Below are positions 6,913 through 14,355 of a stretch of 15,804 nt of DNA, piece after piece. This stretch comes from Nostoc punctiforme NIES-2108 (lineage in GTDB: Bacteria > Cyanobacteriota > Cyanobacteriia > Cyanobacteriales > Nostocaceae): NCBI GenBank assembly GCA_003326195.1, contig LXQE01000136.1, positions 308,087 to 323,890 of the forward strand. Reading direction: 5' to 3'. The notes beneath the pieces are model-generated. The model searched no databases. It was not told the DNA's origin and was given only the letters and a program-made list of their open reading frames with translations. Positions within the stretch are counted from its first letter, which is position 1. Each line of letters starts with the position of its first letter. A program made the position numbers and the translations under genes.

Positions 6913-8517
6913 ATGGCTCGTACCCCTACATTAAATTTTGATCGTGGCACATTAATTTTGCATCCACCACCACGCGGCAAAGGTTGGATGGATTATGCTA
7001 CGTGGGATGATAGAGTTGAAAAATTCCGCATTCCAGCAATTAGATATCGATCGCTAGTGGAAGCACTACAAGCGGAAGATGTGAATTTTATCGATGAGGC
7101 CAAGCAATTTTATCCTGTAGATTTGGTTCCCACTCTGGAAATGGAACCCTATCCCCACCAAACTGAGGCGTTAGCGGCTTGGAAACTGGCGGGTAGACAA
7201 GGAGTCGTTGTGCTTCCCACGGCGGCGGGAAAGACTTATTTAGCGCAAATGGCAATGCAATCAACGCCACGCACGACGCTGATTGTAGTCCCAACTTTGG
7301 ATTTAATGCATCAATGGTATGCACATTTAGTAGCGGCTTTCCCCGATGCGGAAGTGGGATTGCTGGGAGGTGGTTCGCGGGATAGAACGGCAATTTTAGT
7401 TGCAACTTATGATAGTGCGGCAATTCACGCCGAAACGTTGGGAAATCAATATGCGTTGATTGTTTTTGATGAATGTCATCATTTACCCACAGATTTTAAT
7501 CGGGTAATTGCCGAATATGCGATCGCACCTTATCGCCTGGGACTCTCCGCGACACCGGAAAGGACTGATGGTAAACACGCTGATTTAAATATCCTCATTG
7601 GTCAAGAAGTATATCGCAAACGCGCCGAGGATTTGGCGGGGAAGGCGTTAGCAGAGCATGAAATTGTCCAAATTAAGGTAAAGTTATCGCAACTTGAACG
7701 GGAAAGATACAACCAATTAATTCAAACTCGCAATGACTTTTTGAAACAATCGAAAATTTCTTTGGGGAGTTTGCAAGGTTGGCAAATGTTCGTGCAAATG
7801 AGTGCTAGATCGCAATCTGGACGTAGGGCTATGTTAGCGCATCGAGAAGCGAAAGATATCGCTTTGGGTACTGATGGAAAGTTGCGAATTTTGATTGATT
7901 TATTGGCAGAACATTATCCGGCGAGAATTTTGATTTTTACTGCTGATAATACAACGGTTTATCGCATTTCTCAAGAGTTGCTAATTCCGGCAATTACTCA
8001 TCAAACTCCTGTGAAAGAACGGCATGAGATATTAACAAAGTTTCGAGAGGGTAAATATAATACTTTGGTTGCTTCTCATGTGTTGAATGAAGGGGTTGAT
8101 GTGCCGGCGGCAACTGTTGCAATTATTTTATCGGGGACGGGTTCGGCTAGGGAGTATACTCAGCGCTTGGGGAGGATTTTACGGAAGGGGAATATTGAGA
8201 ATAAGCAGGCGATTTTATATGAGGTGGTGGCGGAGGATACGAGTGAGGAGGGGACTTCGGCTAGGCGGAGAGGGGAGAGGAAAGACGAACCGCCAAGACG
8301 CGGAGGACGCAGAGAGGAAGAGGAGAGGAAAGGGAAGTTACAGGTTGTGTATGGGAGTGGGAAGGAAAGGAGTTTGAAGGCGGCGGAACAGTTAGAAATT
8401 AATTATTCAACCGGAAGTCCAAAATCTAAAATCCAAAATTCAGCAGATGTTACCGACAGACTTACTGATGCATCGCCAAAACGGGGAGGAGATTATTCCG
8501 AAGAGACTGAAGATTGA
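6913..8517 (+). CDS. SF2 helicase of the XPB/Rad25 (Ssl2)-like DNA repair helicase family, about 534 aa, with a low-complexity Arg/Glu/Gly-rich C-terminal tail
   Basis: Q/Ia region YPHQTEALAAW, Walker A LPTAAGKT (7216-7236), motif II DECHH (7468-7482), motif III LSATPER, motif VI QRLGRILR. The N-terminal ~70 aa (LNFDRGTLILHPPP...WDDRVEKFRIP) resemble the XPB damage-recognition-like domain. The start is placed at ATG 6913 rather than the track's 6829, which reads through the heptamer repeat. Confidence 0.85.
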   Translation: MARTPTLNFDRGTLILHPPPRGKGWMDYATWDDRVEKFRIPAIRYRSLVEALQAEDVNFIDEAKQFYPVDLVPTLEMEPYPHQTEALAAWKLAGRQGVVVLPTAAGKTYLAQMAMQSTPRTTLIVVPTLDLMHQWYAHLVAAFPDAEVGLLGGGSRDRTAILVATYDSAAIHAETLGNQYALIVFDECHHLPTDFNRVIAEYAIAPYRLGLSATPERTDGKHADLNILIGQEVYRKRAEDLAGKALAEHEIVQIKVKLSQLERERYNQLIQTRNDFLKQSKISLGSLQGWQMFVQMSARSQSGRRAMLAHREAKDIALGTDGKLRILIDLLAEHYPARILIFTADNTTVYRISQELLIPAITHQTPVKERHEILTKFREGKYNTLVASHVLNEGVDVPAATVAIILSGTGSAREYTQRLGRILRKGNIENKQAILYEVVAEDTSEEGTSARRRGERKDEPPRRGGRREEEERKGKLQVVYGSGKERSLKAAEQLEINYSTGSPKSKIQNSADVTDRLTDASPKRGGDYSEETED

Positions 8518-9661
8518 TCAAAAAACTTCGGAATTGGCGATTGAGTTAATTAATTATTTTCAATCAGCAGTGGGGAAGACTCAAGGTGTGCTTGAGCGAC
8601 AACTGACTGATTTTGAAGGAGATTCTACAGATTATAGGGTGAAGCGGGGATTAGCTTATATTCTCAAAAGCAGTTTTTGCACTTTTGAGGTGGTTAGTCC
8701 TTTGGAACCACAGATGTTAAGAGAACGGGTATTTTCTCTGGCTGCAAAGTCTGTTTCTAGTCGAGAATCTACACAAGTTAGTCTGGGTAAAATTGCTGAT
8801 GAATTAACTCAAGAACTTGAGCGAGAAGTTTTATTAGAACAGGTTCGGAATGGATTATACGCTGATTTATCTGAAAATAAGATTTTGACTGTTTTTGATG
8901 CACCAACAGCGCCAGATTTATTAAATCGATATAACTTATCTCAGGTACAGGGTGTGTTTTATAAGGCCAGTCAACTGGTGTTAAATGCTCATCGGAATGT
9001 TCCGGGAGAATATAAGCTGTTATTTCGCTATTTAAAGTTGTTTCAATTGATGGCTTATATTGAAGGTGATGCTGACCACGGGTTTACAATTACCATTGAT
9101 GGGCCGACGAGTTTGTTTAATCCTAGTACACGATATGGGTTAGCGATCGCTAAACTTATTCCGGCTTTACTTCACGTTACTAAATGGAGTCTTTCGTCGA
9201 TTCTCCAAACCCGTGATGCTTATACAAATACTTGGAAAACTGGACGTTTTACTCTCAATTCTGAATGTGGTTTGGTATCCCATTATCCACCAGGAAAGCC
9301 CTACGATAGTATGTTAGAAGCATCCTTTGCAGATAAATGGGATGCGTTGAAAAGTGGTTGGGCATTAGAGCGAGAAGTTGATTTGATCCCAATCCCTGGT
9401 AGTGTGATGATTCCTGATTTTCGCTTAGTTCATGCTGATGGACGCACCTTTTTATTAGAAATTGTTGGTTATTGGCGACCAGAATATTTACAAAAGAAGT
9501 TTTCTCAGGTGCGACGGGCTGGACGTGATGACTTAATTTTGGCAATTTCCGAGCGACTTAATTTAGAAAAGGCGGGAGTAAAATTAAATGATGTCCCCGC
9601 TAGAATTGTTTGGTTTAAAGATAAGTTATTGCCGAAAGCTGTGTTAGCTGTAATGGATTGA
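8447..9661 (+). CDS. DUF790 family protein (Bax1-like, XPB-associated endonuclease), 404 aa
   Basis: The N-terminus MLPTDLLMHRQNGEEIIPKRL matches my recollection of the DUF790 N-terminus. The C-terminal nuclease-like core is IPDFRLVH...LLEIVGYWRPEYL. It lies immediately downstream of an XPB-like helicase and overlaps it by 71 nt, the arrangement known for archaeal XPB-Bax1. Confidence 0.7.
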   Translation: MLPTDLLMHRQNGEEIIPKRLKIDQKTSELAIELINYFQSAVGKTQGVLERQLTDFEGDSTDYRVKRGLAYILKSSFCTFEVVSPLEPQMLRERVFSLAAKSVSSRESTQVSLGKIADELTQELEREVLLEQVRNGLYADLSENKILTVFDAPTAPDLLNRYNLSQVQGVFYKASQLVLNAHRNVPGEYKLLFRYLKLFQLMAYIEGDADHGFTITIDGPTSLFNPSTRYGLAIAKLIPALLHVTKWSLSSILQTRDAYTNTWKTGRFTLNSECGLVSHYPPGKPYDSMLEASFADKWDALKSGWALEREVDLIPIPGSVMIPDFRLVHADGRTFLLEIVGYWRPEYLQKKFSQVRRAGRDDLILAISERLNLEKAGVKLNDVPARIVWFKDKLLPKAVLAVMD

Positions 9662-9676
9662 TTAAGGATAAATGAG

Positions 9677-9919
9677 ATGAAAAGTATAGAAACAATTGCC
9701 ACAGTTACAAAAGATGGTAAGATTATAGCGCAATTACCACTCGATATTCCAGAGGGTGAGCATCAGGTGGTAATAGTAATTGATGAAAAGCCTTTGACTG
9801 AGAAGGCAGAGAAGAAAGAAAAGCGTCCTCCTCTAAACTTTCCTGTGCATAATTATGGCCCTTGGCCTGAAAACCTTTCTTTAAGACGTGACGATATGTA
9901 TGGTGATTGGGGGCGATAA
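9677..9919 (+). CDS. Type II antitoxin (VapB-like, cyanobacterial small antitoxin family), 80 aa
   Basis: Small ORF 15 nt after the DUF790 stop. Its N-terminal beta-rich segment (ATVTKDGKIIAQLPLDIPEGEHQVVIVID) and C-terminal LSLRRDDMYGD motif are typical of antitoxins preceding PIN toxins in cyanobacteria. It overlaps the PIN gene. Confidence 0.65.
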   Translation: MKSIETIATVTKDGKIIAQLPLDIPEGEHQVVIVIDEKPLTEKAEKKEKRPPLNFPVHNYGPWPENLSLRRDDMYGDWGR

Positions 9920-10352
9920 TCCTGTTTTTCTGGACACAAATATCTTGGTGTACGCTAGTCAGATTCAGTCTCCATTTCACCAAGCTGCTATGGAGGCAAT
10001 CCAAGGTTTTTATGATGCGGGGATTGAATTGTGGATTAGCCGACAAATATTGCGGGAATATTTGGCTACCCTTACCCGTCCGCAACAGTTTGTTAACCCA
10101 CTACCCATTGCAATAGTAATTCAGGATCTCCGCTATTTTTATAACCGCTTTTGGGTGGCTGAAGATAGTTCTCAAGTTACAGAAAGATTACTGACGCTTA
10201 TGGAGGAAATTCCTAGCGGTGGTAAGCAAGTTCATGATGCAAATATCGTCGCTACAATGCTAATTTATGGTATTCCTCAATTACTCACTCACAACATAGG
10301 CGATTTTGCAAGATTTTCTCGGTTAATTACTGTCTTGCCATTACAAGGTTAA
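9900..10352 (+). CDS. vapC: PIN-domain ribonuclease toxin (VapC family), about 150 aa
   Basis: PIN acidic signature FLDTNILVYA (Asp), ILREY (Glu), VHDANIVA (Asp) and THNIGDF. ATG 9900 overlaps the antitoxin stop by 20 nt; the track's GTG 9888 is an alternative start. Confidence 0.85.
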   Translation: MVIGGDNPVFLDTNILVYASQIQSPFHQAAMEAIQGFYDAGIELWISRQILREYLATLTRPQQFVNPLPIAIVIQDLRYFYNRFWVAEDSSQVTERLLTLMEEIPSGGKQVHDANIVATMLIYGIPQLLTHNIGDFARFSRLITVLPLQG

Positions 10353-10375
10353 CGCCGTGTGCGACTTTATCTCAA

Positions 10376-10463
10376 ACCTAACCCCCAACCCCTTCCCTAC
10401 TAGCGTTGGGGAGCAAGAATCAAAGCCTCTCGACCTTTCGGGGAGAGGAATGGAAGCGGGGTT
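10376..10463. repeat. MITE-like palindromic dispersed repeat between convergent genes (AACCTAACCCCCAACCCCTTCCC ... GGAATGGAAGCGGGGTT, internal hairpin CCTCTC/GAGAGG); possible bidirectional terminator
   Basis: The terminal segments are imperfect inverted complements. An internal stem sits at 10426-10431 / 10443-10448. This sequence type is common in Nostocales intergenic DNA. Confidence 0.55.
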
Positions 10464-10493
10464 CCAATTTCGGTAATTGTACAATTCCACTGA

Positions 10494-11183
10494 TTAACCC
10501 CAAACGCTTCTGCGTTCCCGATATTCAGCGACTCTTTTTTCCCACTGCTCCCAGTAATCTTTAATGACTGCTGATTCAAACCAAAATACCTCTGCTGGCA
10601 TTTCTGGAATCGCTACTACCAACAGAGCGTACTTTAGCTGAATGCCATAATCTTGATAATATTCGTTAGCTGCTCCTATATACGCCGTAAGTTGCAGTGG
10701 ATGTTCATATAAATGCTCAATTGAACCTTTGGGTTTGTCTGCTGTTTTCCACTCGCAAATACAGGGAATACCTTGATAGCTGGCAATACAATCAACTTTG
10801 CCAGAATAACCCAAATCATGATGAAAAACTGAGCCTTCTACAAGTCTAACTGTGTCAATTTGTTCTAAAACTGGCTTGATACTCTCCCAATAAGGGCGAC
10901 TTGCTTCGGGACAAACAGGGTTTTGACCAAGGAGGTAGTGCTCAATTTGTTTGTGTGTTTGGGTTCCCCGACGACTAGCGCTTGTAGTAATGCGGGTAGC
11001 TTCTTCTGTACCAACACGCGTTTTCCAGTTTAATAATCTGTCTCGGTCTGCTTGTGATTTGGTGGCATTAAGTATTGTAGTAACGCTGGGAAAACGATTT
11101 CCCTTGGCATCTACATAATATTGTTTACCATTTTCTCTTTTGGCTGTGGCATTAATGCGTGGTAGCAGTTGGGTATCATGCAT
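10494..11183 (-). CDS. PD-(D/E)XK superfamily nuclease (phage-type / RecB-like exonuclease family), 229 aa
   Basis: The N-terminal block FPSVTTILNATK...LLNWK...GTQTHKQIEHYL is followed by the catalytic-type GKVDCIA...ICEWKTA (D...ExK). Clean ATG start at 11181-11183. Confidence 0.65.
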   Translation of the reverse strand: MHDTQLLPRINATAKRENGKQYYVDAKGNRFPSVTTILNATKSQADRDRLLNWKTRVGTEEATRITTSASRRGTQTHKQIEHYLLGQNPVCPEASRPYWESIKPVLEQIDTVRLVEGSVFHHDLGYSGKVDCIASYQGIPCICEWKTADKPKGSIEHLYEHPLQLTAYIGAANEYYQDYGIQLKYALLVVAIPEMPAEVFWFESAVIKDYWEQWEKRVAEYRERRSVWG

Positions 11184-11372
11184 CAGTTGGTATGTTGACT
11201 TTGAGATTCCCTCAACAAGGAAAGTGAATAAAACCCCATTCCATTGTAAGGAATAGGGCTGCGGTAGGGGTTTGTTACAGTGCTTATTAGCTAAATATGT
11301 GTGATATATTTCCGAAATAGACAGAACTGCATTTGTATTTCCCAGCAGGATGTCGTATTTTATTACTAAATT

Positions 11373-11792
11373 ATGGAACCTGTAACATTAACAGCAGTTG
11401 CAACTGCGATCGCTACTATAGTTTTAACTAAAGCTCTAGAAAAAACTGGCGAAAAGCTTGGGGAAGCTGCATTAGACAAAAGTCGTGAGTTAATCGAACA
11501 GCTACATAATAAAAATAAGTTACCTTGGCTAGCGGCTGCAACACAGCAGCCGTTAGATTATGGCAAAGCAGTGCTGGAGTTAAAAGCAGCAGCAGATGCA
11601 GATAGTGAAATTGCTCAATCTGTGCGAGAAATGGAAGCAGCCGCAAATGCTGATCCCCAAGCGCCGAAAGTCCAGGCGTTAGCAAATGACCTAAACTCGC
11701 AACCAGCAGGTATTATTAATTCTACAAAGTTAGCTGACTCTATTAAAAACGTCTTTCAGGGAAATACTTTCACTGGTACTAATAACTTCTGA
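11373..11792 (+). CDS. Small alpha-helical protein, 139 aa: hydrophobic N-terminal helix plus N/Q/G/T-rich tail; in frame with the downstream NB-ARC gene (probable detached N-terminal effector/adaptor module)
   Basis: The sequence starts MEPVTLTAVATAIATIVLTKALEKTGEKLGE, continues with Ala/Glu-rich helices and ends VFQGNTFTGTNNF. Its stop, TGA 11790-11792, is in the same frame as ORF 11868..13838. Confidence 0.6.
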   Translation: MEPVTLTAVATAIATIVLTKALEKTGEKLGEAALDKSRELIEQLHNKNKLPWLAAATQQPLDYGKAVLELKAAADADSEIAQSVREMEAAANADPQAPKVQALANDLNSQPAGIINSTKLADSIKNVFQGNTFTGTNNF

Positions 11793-11867
11793 CTGTACCC
11801 GCCTGTTGGGGAACAGGTAAAGTTAAATCCTTCTACTGAAACACCGCAAAATTTACCCCTGAGTGGA

Positions 11868-13838
11868 GTGGTGAAGTTTGTCGGGCGTGAAACTGAATTG
11901 CAAAACCTGCATGAGATGTTGCAGGAAAATAATCAGGTGGTAATTGCCGCGATCGCTGGCATGGGTGGACTGGGTAAAACAGAACTGGCCTTACAATATG
12001 CAATGGCTCACCGTGAAACTTACAAGGGTGGAATTTGCTGGTTGTTGCCAAAGGCTGGAGATGTGGGTATTCAAATTGTGCAGTTTGCTAGAACTCACCT
12101 TGACTTAAACTCACCACAATATCTGGATGGAGACTTACCCAGTCAAGTGAAATACTGCTGGCAGCACTGGCGTGAAGGTGATGTACTGGTAGTACTGGAT
12201 GATCTCAATGATTACTCCAAAGTTGAGACATATTTACTACCGCAACTACCCCGTTTTAAAGTGCTGATTACGACGCGATTACAGTTAGACCTTCCCCAGT
12301 CTTTTACTCTAAATGTTTTGGGTGAATCCTCATCTGTGGAACTTTTACAAGCTTGGGTGGGAGAAAAAGTAACACAGGAATCAGCAGCAGCAAAAAAACT
12401 CTGTGAATGTTTAGGTTATTTACCTTTGGCTCTGAACTTGGTAGGAAGGTATATTAAAAAGCGGAGAATCTCTCTGACGGAAATGGTGCAACGGTTGGAC
12501 GCAAAAGGGAAAGCGTTAAATCATCAGGCTTTGACGCTGGATGAAAAAGACCGCACTTGTACGCTAAATGTTAAGCGGGGTGTGATTGCAGCTTTTGAGT
12601 TAAGTTGGGAAAAATTAAGTAATGATGCCAAAGAGTTAGGTGTTTTACTGAGTTTATTTGCTTTAGCTCCTATTCCCTGGACATTAGTAGAAAGTGTAGA
12701 AACGGGGAAAGATGCTGAACAGTTGGAAGATAGTAGAGTTGAGTTAGAGAGTTTACATCTGCTTCAAGGTGAGGACAACTACCACCTACATCAACTCATT
12801 CGGGAATTTTTTCAACTTAAGCAAGCTGAGTTCAATCAAGTGGAGGAATTAAAGCGATCGCTTTGTCGGGTAATGGTAGGGATCGCAAAGTCAATTTCTC
12901 ATCCCCAGTCAATTACCCATAATACGATTACAGCAGTTAATCCTGCACTACAACATTTGGAAGAAGCTGCTAAAGCTCTAAAAGACTTAAGTAACGATGA
13001 CGATTTAATTTGGCTATTCACTGGTTTAGGCAGATTTTATGAAGGTCAGGGTTTTTATGAACAAGCAGAGACTTGGTATAAACTGTGCATAGAGGTTGCC
13101 GACAGACCTTCTAGCTTTGCTGCTTTATATAAGGCCTCTAGCCGCAACAATCTAGCATCACTCTACACATTTCAAGGATATTATTCACAAGCAGAAGAGC
13201 AATACAAAGAAGCTTTAGAAATAAACAGGCATCTGCTAGGCGAGGAACATCCTGATACAATTACCACTTTGAGCAATTTGGCATATCTTTACAAAGCTCA
13301 GAAGTTTTACGAAAAGGCAAAACCTATCTACAAAAGAGCTTTAGAATTAAGGATCTGCTTATTGGGAGAGACTCATATTGATGTAGCAACAAGCCTTAAT
13401 AATCTGGCAGCTTTATACTCTGAAGAGGGCAACTATTGGGATGCAGAACTGCTGTGTACAAGATCCATAGAAATCTGCCAGATAAATATAAAAATCTGCC
13501 AGATAAATGAAAATTTTCTAAAACTCACTTTTAGCTTAAATACTCTAGCAAATATTTATTGTGGGCAGCATCGCTACAGTGAAGCTGAACAAAAATATCA
13601 ACAAGTCGTGGCATGGCGAAAAACCTTATTAGGAGAAGACCATCATCAAGTGGCAATCAGCTTAGATCAACTGGCATATCTTTACCGTATCCAATACCGC
13701 TATAAGGAGGCAGAAATATTATGTGTAAAAGCTTTAGAAATTTTTGAACAACGGCTGGGTGTCAATAATCCTGATACGGTTATGTGCCGTGAAAATTTAG
13801 CATATCTTCGCGATCGCCTCCCCCCAAATCCAGAATAA
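11868..13838 (+). CDS. STAND NTPase, NB-ARC domain plus C-terminal TPR array (NLR-like), 656 aa as drawn
   Basis: FVGRETEL pre-P-loop helix, Walker A GMGGLGKT (11958-11981), Walker B VLVVLDDL (12183-12206), LPLAL motif (GYLPLALNLVG). At least 6 kinesin-light-chain-type TPRs follow (LNNLAALY, LSNLAYLY, LDQLAYLY, ...LGE(E/D)HP). Only a GTG start is available and the upstream sequence is open in frame back to TGA 11790. Confidence 0.85.
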   Translation: MVKFVGRETELQNLHEMLQENNQVVIAAIAGMGGLGKTELALQYAMAHRETYKGGICWLLPKAGDVGIQIVQFARTHLDLNSPQYLDGDLPSQVKYCWQHWREGDVLVVLDDLNDYSKVETYLLPQLPRFKVLITTRLQLDLPQSFTLNVLGESSSVELLQAWVGEKVTQESAAAKKLCECLGYLPLALNLVGRYIKKRRISLTEMVQRLDAKGKALNHQALTLDEKDRTCTLNVKRGVIAAFELSWEKLSNDAKELGVLLSLFALAPIPWTLVESVETGKDAEQLEDSRVELESLHLLQGEDNYHLHQLIREFFQLKQAEFNQVEELKRSLCRVMVGIAKSISHPQSITHNTITAVNPALQHLEEAAKALKDLSNDDDLIWLFTGLGRFYEGQGFYEQAETWYKLCIEVADRPSSFAALYKASSRNNLASLYTFQGYYSQAEEQYKEALEINRHLLGEEHPDTITTLSNLAYLYKAQKFYEKAKPIYKRALELRICLLGETHIDVATSLNNLAALYSEEGNYWDAELLCTRSIEICQINIKICQINENFLKLTFSLNTLANIYCGQHRYSEAEQKYQQVVAWRKTLLGEDHHQVAISLDQLAYLYRIQYRYKEAEILCVKALEIFEQRLGVNNPDTVMCRENLAYLRDRLPPNPE

Positions 13839-13983
13839 GCTAGTTTTGTGCAGAGTTTACCATGCTAAAACTTGAAGGAGCGATCGCTTTAACTCGGCTT
13901 TTCCTGTTCTGAACTCTGAGGTAGAATGAGGTTCCCCAACTTACGCCAGTTTTAGTTTTTAGCCTTAACCCAAGCGTATTGAT

Positions 13984-14346
13984 TTATATAGGCAATCGCC
14001 TCACTCGGAAAGTTTCATTACTTACAGAAATAATTGCCCCTAACTCTAAATCTTCCTGGCATTCACTCAAAACTTGAGTCAACCGTTCATTAATTGCATC
14101 ATAATTTTCGTTCCCCAACCTAAACAAAATCACACTAGGTAAACTATCCCCACTCACGGCTAAAAGTTGGGCAAAATCTAAATCTATAGTTAATAAAATT
14201 CTTCCTTCTGCACGGGCTTTAATTAAAATCTCATTATCTGGTAGTCTTTGCAAACCTTCATCGCGCAAATGCACTACATCATAATCAGCACCACGCAACC
14301 AAGTTACAGTGCGTAGTGAAATTCCCATATCTGCCAAAAACTTCAT
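13984..14346 (-). CDS. DUF5615 family PIN-like / Mut7-C-like putative toxin, 120 aa
   Basis: MKFLADMGIS...VVHLRDEGLQRLPDNEIL..A..EGRILLTIDLDF is the characteristic DUF5615 pattern. It lies 9 nt downstream of a DUF433 gene. Confidence 0.7.
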   Translation of the reverse strand: MKFLADMGISLRTVTWLRGADYDVVHLRDEGLQRLPDNEILIKARAEGRILLTIDLDFAQLLAVSGDSLPSVILFRLGNENYDAINERLTQVLSECQEDLELGAIISVSNETFRVRRLPI

Positions 14347-14355
14347 TATTACTTG

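Noticed and set aside
6759-6941. 60-aa ORF, and the 6829 ATG extension of the helicase, both encoding MPNAQCP repeats
   Set aside because: These peptides are just translations of the CCCAATG heptamer tract. The conserved helicase N-terminus begins at ATG 6913. The possible regulatory relevance is kept as a finding.
8087-8377. 96-aa alternative-frame ORF (…NRQDAEDAERKRRGKG…)
   Set aside because: It lies inside the helicase gene in another frame, and its open frame is a by-product of purine-rich low-complexity DNA.
9723-10085. 120-aa minus-strand ORF
   Set aside because: It is antisense to the well-supported VapB-like/PIN pair and has no motifs.
11833-12051. 72-aa minus-strand ORF, and the 85-aa minus-strand ORF at 11428..11685
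   Set aside because: Both are antisense shadows of the N-module and NB-ARC coding regions.
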